Of a DNA stretch of 32,000 nucleotides, positions 8,494-15,244 are shown piece after piece. Numbering within the stretch: position 1 is the stretch's first letter; every line of letters starts with the position of its first letter. This DNA is from Cupriavidus necator (lineage in GTDB: Bacteria; Pseudomonadota; Gammaproteobacteria; Burkholderiales; Burkholderiaceae): NCBI RefSeq assembly GCF_016127575.1, contig NZ_CP066020.1:120001-152000 (forward strand). The letters are read 5' to 3'. The notes under the pieces were generated by a model that was given only the letters and a program-made list of their open reading frames with translations, was not told where the DNA came from and did not search any database. The translations under genes and the position numbers were made by a program.

Positions 8494-9936
8494 ATGGCGG
8501 CCTACCCATCGGTGAACTGGTGGCCGGGAAACCTCCGTCCGTACGAGTCGAGGCTGTCGTTCGTCGCCCGCTTCTGCGCACTGAATGGCATCAACGTCCG
8601 AAAATGCGCGGAGTTTTTGAGGGTGGAGCCCGATGGCTGCACGCCGCTTCCGATCGACGAAATCAAGCGCCTGGCGTCCGTGCTCGGTGAGGCCGCGCCG
8701 CTTGTCGAAGACGTTTTCTCGCCTTCCATACGGTTCATCGATGTCGGCCGTTATGGCCCGCCTCCCGATAGTCGCGAGCGACGTGCCATCCGCTATTGCG
8801 AGACCTGTATGCAGCACGGCTACCACAGCTACCTGCATCAGCTTGGGTGGCTTTCGCGGTGCCCATTTCACCTGAGCGAGCTGAAAACGACCTGGGCGCA
8901 GAAGCACACCGCCAGCTTCGTGTCGCAGCGTGTGGGCGCGTTGGAGTTCGTGATGCGGCAACGCTGCAGGACATGGCCGCACGGCATTGATGCCGGCTTT
9001 CCCGCCCGAGAGCAGGGGCGTGTTGCGTCGCTCGCCGGCTGGGTCGCACGGGCGAGCGTCGCTGCCGCGCGCATGTCGCTCGGCGAGATCTGGTCGTCGG
9101 GCAACGATGGCATGCCGGGGGCTGTCTCCCTCGACCAAGCGTTCGCTCAGCTGCGCACGCTTGAGCCCCCGCCCGAGGACATCGAGCAGCTCCTTATCGA
9201 AGCCGGTGATCGGTGGACTCTGGAAAGCCACGTGTTTGCGCGGCAAGCGAAAATCCAACTCGGCCACCTCAGGTTGTGCCACCTCAGCTTTGCCGACGTT
9301 CTTCACTTCTATATACGCATCAACGCCGCTTCGGCGAATCCGTCTTCGTTTGTCACGCGCCTGAATGCCATCCAGGACCGGCAGGCTCGCCATGGCACCT
9401 GTCGCTGTCGGTGGAGGCTGACCAAGGAGGGACGGCTCTCGCGCTGGGTCAGCGTGCGTCCAGAGGAGGGGCCCCGCTGGGGCCTGATCTGTCCATACGA
9501 TATCGCGCTCAACGAACTTCAACTCGGCTGGGGCCGTTCGGACCTGGCGCTCTCCAATCGGCCGGCGGAGCAGGAACGGCGGCGCTTTTGCAGCGTTTCT
9601 CACGCGATGCGCGACTTGGGCCTCATCCGGTATACGCGGGATGCAGCGGTAGCGCCGGCGGGCTATCTATATGCCGATCAGGACGTCTGGACCTGCTGCG
9701 AGTGGGTTCGGGAGTCGCCGCTAACCGCAGTGCTCGATATGGCGGTCGCGTGGGAAACCGAGCTGACGTTCGACGCGTTGACCACTTGGCTAGATGACAT
9801 CGATCGGGGTGTCGCTCCGCTTGAGCGCGACGATTCCAAGTCTTGCGTCCGCCTGCGCGAAACCGACGATGGCCTCTTGCTGATCAAGTGGACGAGGGCA
9901 GAAGCGAATGTGCGTCGGGGGCTATCCCGGATCTGA
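8494..9936 (+). CDS. tniQ: TniQ/TnsD-family target-selection protein
   Basis: The N-terminus is P..GESL.S...R-like (WWPGNLRPYESRLSFVARFCALNG), followed by Cys/His clusters (CETCMQHGYHSYLHQLGWLSRCPFH). ATG 8494 lies just after the tniB stop; an alternative GTG is at 8485. Confidence 0.7.
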   Translation: MAAYPSVNWWPGNLRPYESRLSFVARFCALNGINVRKCAEFLRVEPDGCTPLPIDEIKRLASVLGEAAPLVEDVFSPSIRFIDVGRYGPPPDSRERRAIRYCETCMQHGYHSYLHQLGWLSRCPFHLSELKTTWAQKHTASFVSQRVGALEFVMRQRCRTWPHGIDAGFPAREQGRVASLAGWVARASVAAARMSLGEIWSSGNDGMPGAVSLDQAFAQLRTLEPPPEDIEQLLIEAGDRWTLESHVFARQAKIQLGHLRLCHLSFADVLHFYIRINAASANPSSFVTRLNAIQDRQARHGTCRCRWRLTKEGRLSRWVSVRPEEGPRWGLICPYDIALNELQLGWGRSDLALSNRPAEQERRRFCSVSHAMRDLGLIRYTRDAAVAPAGYLYADQDVWTCCEWVRESPLTAVLDMAVAWETELTFDALTTWLDDIDRGVAPLERDDSKSCVRLRETDDGLLLIKWTRAEANVRRGLSRI

Positions 9937-10007
9937 ACACGACGTACCGTGAGCAACGTGAAGCCGTTGGCTTGCGGCGCGCCAGAGTTTCGGCCCAGGG
10001 GGCTCGG

Positions 10008-10053
10008 AACAAAATTGTGCAGACAACGGTAACAAAATTGTGCAAACCAACGC
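10008..10053 (+). repeat. Right-end array of putative transposase-binding repeats (inverted relative to left end)
   Basis: AACAAAATTGTGCAGA (10009-10024) and ACAAAATTGTGCAAACCAACGC (10032-10053). Confidence 0.6.
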
Positions 10054-10185
10054 GAGCCTCGAGAGTCACACTCAATCTCAATATTATAAACATAAGCGCA
10101 GTTATGTCTAAAGTTATACGGCAAACGTTAGCTATTAAACGTAATACGTAGTAATATATATAGTCACATAACTCGCTTTTTCGCG

Positions 10186-11397
10186 ATGCCGGCTGTCGAC
10201 CTCGATCTGACCGACGCCACGCTGCAGGCTGATTTGGCCGAGCTGCGCGGGCGCTTTCCCGAGACCCGCGCGCTGTATCGCGAGGTCTGCGGCCTGCTGT
10301 TCTTCCGCTATGGCGTCACGCCCACCGCCAACAAGCTCTACAGCCTGGTGCGCAGGGGCAGCATGGGCACGCCCGCCGAGGTGCTGCAGGCGTTCTGGCA
10401 GGAATTGCGCGGGCGCACGCGCGTCACCATCGACCATCCCGACTTGCCGGAGGCGTTGAAGGACATCGCGGCCGGGGCGGTCCAGACCATCTGGCAGGCG
10501 GCCAACGAGGCCGCCACCGGCGAGCTGGCCACGCTGCGCGCCGAGGCCCGCCATGCGGCCAGCGCCGCCGAGGCCGAGCGTGATGCCGCGCGGACCGAGA
10601 CCGCGGCGGCCCGGGAGGAGGTGGCCGCAGTCTCGGCGCAGCTGGCCGAGGCGCGCGACGCGCACGCTGCCGTGCAGGCGGAGCTGGCCGCGCAGCGGCA
10701 GGCGCACGCGGCGACTCAGGCCCGGTTGGAAGCGGGGCGGGAGGAACTGGACGCCGCCGGGCGGCAGCTGGCGGAGCTGCGCACCCAATTCTCGACCGAG
10801 CTCGAGCGCGCCCGCGAGGCGGTGGCCCTCGCGCAAGAACGGGCCGAGGCCAGCGAGCGGCGGAGCCTGCGTGAGCTGGACGCGGAGCGTACCGCGCGCC
10901 AGCAGAGCGAGCGCACGGCCGAAGCGTTGCGCGGCGAACTGGTGGCGGCGCGCAGCGAGGCCCGCGACGCGGCCGTGGCGCAGGCCGAAGTCCGCGCCCG
11001 GCTCGAAGCCCAGGCCGCGGCGCTCGCCGATCGGCTCGCCAGCGCCGAGCAGGCGCAGCGCAAAGTGGCGCACGACCTGGACGCGGTGCAGGCGGCGTTG
11101 GCCGCAGCGCAGCGCCGGGCCGAACGGGCCGAGGCCGAAGCGGCGCTGGCGCGCCAGCTGCTGGCAGAATTGCGGGTGACGCCACCCGGGCGGGGGGACG
11201 GTGGTGGCGGGCGGCGGCGCAAGGCCGGCAGCCCGGCGCCGACCGAACAGGCGGCGCCACGCGAAAAACTGGACGACAAGCAGGACGGACAGCAAGAAAA
11301 TGACAGGCAGGGCGTGCCGACGGCCGCTTCCAACCCGGATGACGGCAGCGACAGCAGTGACGACAGCAACGACAGCGCCAATGACAGAAATCAATGA
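10186..11397 (+). CDS. KfrA-like DNA-binding protein with long Ala/Glu/Arg coiled coil and acidic tail
   Basis: The N-terminus ...YREVCGLLFFRYGVTPTANKLYSLVRRGSMGTPAEVLQAFWQELR fits the KfrA_N-type domain. It is followed by about 250 aa of AEAR-rich heptad-like sequence and a DDGSDSSDDSNDS tail. Confidence 0.75.
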   Translation: MPAVDLDLTDATLQADLAELRGRFPETRALYREVCGLLFFRYGVTPTANKLYSLVRRGSMGTPAEVLQAFWQELRGRTRVTIDHPDLPEALKDIAAGAVQTIWQAANEAATGELATLRAEARHAASAAEAERDAARTETAAAREEVAAVSAQLAEARDAHAAVQAELAAQRQAHAATQARLEAGREELDAAGRQLAELRTQFSTELERAREAVALAQERAEASERRSLRELDAERTARQQSERTAEALRGELVAARSEARDAAVAQAEVRARLEAQAAALADRLASAEQAQRKVAHDLDAVQAALAAAQRRAERAEAEAALARQLLAELRVTPPGRGDGGGGRRRKAGSPAPTEQAAPREKLDDKQDGQQENDRQGVPTAASNPDDGSDSSDDSNDSANDRNQ

Positions 11398-11650
11398 GCG
11401 GGCCGCGGCGATCCGCTGGATCCAGGCGGAGATGGCCGACTACGGGCTGACCATGGAGGAGCTGGCAGCGGCGGGGTGCTTCGATCCGCCGCCCCCTCCG
11501 CCGCCGCCGCTACCCGCACCAGCGCCACCGCCAGTGGTGTGCTACCGCAACGCCGCGGGGCAGACTTGGGACGGGCAGGGCGACATGCCCGACTGGCTGC
11601 AGCGGGCGGCCAATGCGGGGCAGTCGGTGGAGTTTTACCGGGCCGGATAG
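11381..11650 (+). CDS. H-NS-like nucleoid-associated (xenogeneic silencer type) protein
   Basis: The 89-aa product has a C-terminus YRNAAGQTWDGQGDMPDWLQRAANAGQSVEFY, which matches the H-NS DNA-binding motif (Y..G..W.G.G..P.W). A poly-Pro linker is present. The gene overlaps the kfrA-like stop by 17 nt. Confidence 0.7.
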   Translation: MTEINERAAAIRWIQAEMADYGLTMEELAAAGCFDPPPPPPPPLPAPAPPPVVCYRNAAGQTWDGQGDMPDWLQRAANAGQSVEFYRAG

Positions 11651-11774
11651 GACTTAATATTATCCCCGCTTCAACAGCAGACCGGTCTGGGGCCGTACTC
11701 CTTTTGATAGCGGATTCCCCTTATCTTGGCTTGGCCCAAACTACTCGCAGCTTCTTGGTCGTATCGGACAAATA

Positions 11775-11824
11775 TCACAATCTCTTAGCAATATTGTGAC
11801 AGAATCCCACTGTCGCTGACAGTG
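11775..11824 (+). promoter_or_regulatory. Two palindromes upstream of the DUF3010-like gene (possible operator or 5' UTR hairpin)
   Basis: TCACAAT-N11-ATTGTGA (11775-11799) and CACTGTC-gct-GACAGTG (11808-11824), lying 30-80 nt upstream of ATG 11856. Confidence 0.3.
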
Positions 11825-11855
11825 ACGTCCGTGCTAATTATTTGGAGATCGATGA

Positions 11856-12269
11856 ATGGTAGTCGCTGGTGTCTTTTTGAAGGCAAACCTCGCTCGAATC
11901 GTTGCGCTCACCGGTACTCGAGAGTCGCATACATTAGTTGGCAGTCGATTCAATAAACTCGAACTCATCAAAAATCCGTCACAAGATGATGTCGAGGTCT
12001 TCGTGCAGGCGCTCAGAGCTTTTTGTGCTGAGCATTAAATAGACAAAATTGTGGTAAATCGTAGGGCAACTTCCGGGCAAGGCGCAGGTGGGGCAGGAAC
12101 ATTTCTGATTGAGGGCGTTCTGCTTGCCACGTCGCCCGCGCCGCTAACCTTTGCCCACAATGCGACCATTGCGGCGACTGAGCGGAGGGAGAATGGACGT
12201 AAAACTAACCGCCCCGCTACGGCAGATATTGGTAAGGCGTATGACCTGGCTTACGAGGGGTTGAATTGA
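11856..12269 (+). pseudogene. DUF3010-like gene interrupted by a single in-frame TAA (12036-12038)
   Basis: A GGAG Shine-Dalgarno lies 8 nt upstream. ORFs 11856-12038 and 12051-12269 share one frame. The joined product MVVAGVFLKANLARIVAL...FCAEH*IDKIVVNRRATSGQGAGGAGTFLIEG... fits my recollection of the DUF3010 family pattern. Confidence 0.55.
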
Positions 12270-12272
12270 TCC

Positions 12273-13370
12273 ATGGCTCTTGATATTTCAAATTTGCCAC
12301 AAGAAGCCATCAGCGCACTAAAGCAATTTCCAGAGTTTGAGATCGCTTCATTCAACGACTCTGGAGCGAACGGATATGTACTTATTGGCCGGCATAGCGT
12401 GCTCCAAAAGGAAGTTGCTATAAAGATATATTTCCACGGGGAGAGTGATATTGATCAAGAGCCAACGATTATTGCAAAGATAAATCACGAAAATGTCCTG
12501 AAAGTATACGACGCAAGAAAAGTGGGAAAAGATTGCTCATATTTCATGACGCCAGCGGCCAGTGAAGGTGATCTCGCAAATTTCCTAGATACGTATTTTA
12601 TTTCACTTCCTCTGGCTCATAAGCTGCTATGCCAACTTTTATCTGGAATTGCGGCATTGCATATGAGTCCGAATTTGCTTGTGCATCGGGATTTGAAGCC
12701 CGAAAATCTGTTGGTTCATAACGACAATCTCTTGATTGCTGATTTTGGTTCAGTTCGGCGAATCGATGAGAAAACGGGTAGTGCACCGGCATCGAAGCAC
12801 AGCATTTTGTATAGACCGCCTGAAGCTTTTGGTGAGGACTCATTCTTTAATTTTTCCTCAGATATCTACCAAGCCGGACTTATTGGATTTTTGTTATTTG
12901 GTGGGTCCTTGAGCAATGATTTGCTTAGTTATTTGACAAAAAAACAAAAATCGGAGCTTACTGGTATTCAGGGTGGGTATGAGCTATCCATTTATGTGGA
13001 TTCTTGCATCGAAAAAAAAGTTTCACGCGGAAATTTGGCTGACTTTTCTACTCTTCCTTTTTACATTCCAGCGGCCATTAAGCGCACATTGAGAGCAGCC
13101 ATTTCTTCCGCCGACAAAAGATATTCCAGTGTCAGCGAATTTCTCGCAGAATTATCTCGATTAAGAGGAAATATGCCAGATTGGTCGACCCGACGTGAGG
13201 GTGTTCTGCTTCGCAATTGGAATGGACTAGACTACCGAATTCCGCACGACGAAGTCGCTATATTGAAGTGCAAATCAGGAGCCGAAAAGTATCGCTACGA
13301 CAAAAGTTATAATTGTGGCAGCTATGCTGAGCTATTCGATCAAATGAAGGAGCGACTCGGGCTGCCATGA
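12273..13370 (+). CDS. Hanks-type Ser/Thr protein kinase with ~65-aa uncharacterised C-terminal tail
   Basis: Motifs present: SGANGYV glycine loop, VAIK, HRDLKPENLL, ADFGS, YRPPEAF. The gene starts 3 nt after the preceding stop and is AT-rich like its partner. Confidence 0.85.
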   Translation: MALDISNLPQEAISALKQFPEFEIASFNDSGANGYVLIGRHSVLQKEVAIKIYFHGESDIDQEPTIIAKINHENVLKVYDARKVGKDCSYFMTPAASEGDLANFLDTYFISLPLAHKLLCQLLSGIAALHMSPNLLVHRDLKPENLLVHNDNLLIADFGSVRRIDEKTGSAPASKHSILYRPPEAFGEDSFFNFSSDIYQAGLIGFLLFGGSLSNDLLSYLTKKQKSELTGIQGGYELSIYVDSCIEKKVSRGNLADFSTLPFYIPAAIKRTLRAAISSADKRYSSVSEFLAELSRLRGNMPDWSTRREGVLLRNWNGLDYRIPHDEVAILKCKSGAEKYRYDKSYNCGSYAELFDQMKERLGLP

Positions 13371-13387
13371 CCTATTTATGGCACACG

Positions 13388-13895
13388 CCGGCCCTCGACC
13401 TCGATCTGACCGACGCCCCGCTGCAGGCCGACTTGGCCGAGTTGCGCGCGCGTTTTCCTGAGACCCGCACGCTGTACCGCGAGGTCTGCGGCCTGCTGTT
13501 CTTCCGCTACGGCGTCACGCCCACCGACAACAAGCTCTACAGCCAGGTGCATGGGCAAGCCCGCCGAGGTGCTGCAGGCGTTCTGGCAGGAGCTGCGGGG
13601 ACGCACGCGCGTCACCATCGACCATCCCGACTTGCCGGAGACGCTGAGGGACATCGCGGCCGGGGGCGGGGCAGACCATCTGGCAGGCGGCCAACGAGGC
13701 AGCCACCACCGAGTTGGCCACGCCGCGCGCCAAACCATCGAGTGGGGTCAGGCGACGCTGGCCGCGGAGCGCCAGGCTCACGCGGCGACGCAGGCGCGGC
13801 TGGAGCCGGGGCGGGCGGAACTGGACGCCGCCGGCAGGGAGCTGGCAACTGCGTACGCAATTCTCGACCGAGCTTGAGCGTGCCCGCGAGCAGGT
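13388..13895 (+). pseudogene. Decayed second copy of the kfrA-like gene (frameshifts, internal deletion, 3' truncation)
   Basis: Nucleotide homology to 10189-10825, with roughly nine in ten positions identical over the first ~165 nt by manual alignment. The reading frame is spread over three frames (13367.., 13551.., 13714..). Homology ends after ...LRTQFSTELERAREQV. Confidence 0.8.
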
Positions 13896-14218
13896 GAGTG
13901 GGCTGAATAATCAGCGTAGTGTCGACTTGCGAGATTCCAGCCGTCGCCTTGGCAACTACGCTGATCCATTTGAGGCGGGTTCTCAGCGTTGAAGGGAGGA
14001 CCGGCCCTCGCTCATGGGAAGTTGGGTGTTCTGTTGCGGAGAGGCGACCGCTACTCATTGAGTGCGGGTCGAACCTCTGGAAATGGGGCGCGGATGTTAA
14101 ACTGAAGGCAGTCAACCGCCGTCACATGTGCTGTTGACGACACGGCTTGCAGCGCGGATATCAACGGTAGCGGGCAGCGTCAGTATCAACACGCCACATT
14201 CCGGAGGAAGTTCGCATC

Positions 14219-15244
14219 ATGGCCAGCGCAGACCAGATCAAAGCGCTCGTAAAATCGCACATCGATCAGGACGATGGGAAGTTCTATTCGATTGCGATGC
14301 AGGTGGCTGCCCATGAGGCCAAGGTGGGGCATGGCCGATTCGCCGTAGAGCTGCGGGATATGGTCGACTCGGCCAAACAACGGGCGGCGCGGCCGACGGC
14401 AGGTCAAATAGTGCCCATTGCACGCCCGCGTGGCGAGATTGCGAATCTCCTCCATGTGAGCTACCCGTCGAACCGACTGGCGGATATGGTCTTGGATGAC
14501 GGGGGGCGCGAGCAGTTGCAGCGGATACTGAAAGAGCAGCGCATGCTTACGCGGATCCGCGAGCACGGACTGTCTCCGCGTCGCAAGCTGTTGCTGGTCG
14601 GCCCCCCTGGTACGGGGAAGACCATGACCGCTTCGGTCCTTGCCGGCGAACTCGGGTTGCCGCTGTTCCTGGTGCGTCTCGATGCGCTGATTACCAAGTT
14701 CATGGGCGAGACGGCCGCCAAGCTCCGGCAGGTATTCGATGCCATCTCGGACGTGCGCGGCGTGTACTTCTTCGACGAATTCGATGCGATTGGTTCCCAG
14801 AGAGGCATGCCGAACGACGTCGGGGAAATCCGTCGGGTGCTGAACAGCTTCCTGCAGATGATCGAGCACGATCAGTCAAACAGCCTCATTATCGCTGCCA
14901 CGAATCATCCGGAGATCCTCGACTACGCGCTGTTCCGCCGCTTCGACGACGTGATCGAATATCACGTCCCCAGCGTAGCGCAATCCGCGTTGTTGTTGCG
15001 TTCCCGACTGGGCTCGTTTGCGCCGAAATCCTTGCCGCTCACCGCGCTTGCCGAGACGGCGATGGGGTTGAGCTATGCGGAATTGCGCCGGGCGGTCGAC
15101 GAAGCGATCAAGGAAGCGCTGATGCACGACGAGCCGAAGATATCGACGGAGGCGCTGGAAGCTGCGCTGGTCGAACGGAAGAAGCTGAACCAGAGACTGA
15201 ACAATAAGAACTCGCAACCACATGCCGGTCCCGCCGCAAAATAA
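14219..15244 (+). CDS. ietA: AAA+ ATPase (classic clade, IetA-like)
   Basis: A GGAGGA Shine-Dalgarno lies upstream. Walker A GPPGTGKT, Walker B VYFFDEFD, sensor-1 IIAATN and the second region of homology ...ALFRRFD are present. The gene is paired with a downstream S8 protease. Confidence 0.75.
   Translation: MASADQIKALVKSHIDQDDGKFYSIAMQVAAHEAKVGHGRFAVELRDMVDSAKQRAARPTAGQIVPIARPRGEIANLLHVSYPSNRLADMVLDDGGREQLQRILKEQRMLTRIREHGLSPRRKLLLVGPPGTGKTMTASVLAGELGLPLFLVRLDALITKFMGETAAKLRQVFDAISDVRGVYFFDEFDAIGSQRGMPNDVGEIRRVLNSFLQMIEHDQSNSLIIAATNHPEILDYALFRRFDDVIEYHVPSVAQSALLLRSRLGSFAPKSLPLTALAETAMGLSYAELRRAVDEAIKEALMHDEPKISTEALEAALVERKKLNQRLNNKNSQPHAGPAAK

Larger units (their letters stand above)
3904..10053 (+). 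mobile_element. Tn7/Tn5053-like transposon (tniA-tniB-tniQ), carrying a nested ISL3 insertion
   Basis: Terminal IRs: 3904-3925 is GCGTTAGTTTGCACAATTTTGT and the reverse complement of 10032-10053 is GCGTTGGTTTGCACAATTTTGT (21/22 identical). There are extra internal copies of TGCAC(A/C)ATTTTGT at both ends. The element contains a DDE transposase, an AAA+ regulator and a TniQ gene in the canonical order. Confidence 0.65.

Noticed and set aside
8473-9603. 376-aa minus-strand ORF
   Set aside because: It is antisense to tniQ, and no family motifs are present.
3899-10058. 5-bp target-site duplication for the tniABQ transposon
   Set aside because: The flanks ATCAG and GAGCC do not match, and shifting the termini by a few bp did not produce a duplication either. 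It is therefore not claimed.
10135-11394. 419-aa, 278-aa and 221-aa minus-strand ORFs and alternative plus frames over the kfrA-like gene
   Set aside because: They are low-complexity Arg/Pro/Ala translations of the GC-rich coiled-coil repeats. Only the 10186 frame has a recognisable KfrA-type N-terminal domain.
14186-14869. 227-aa minus-strand ORF
   Set aside because: It is antisense to the AAA+ ATPase gene, whose Walker motifs are unambiguous.
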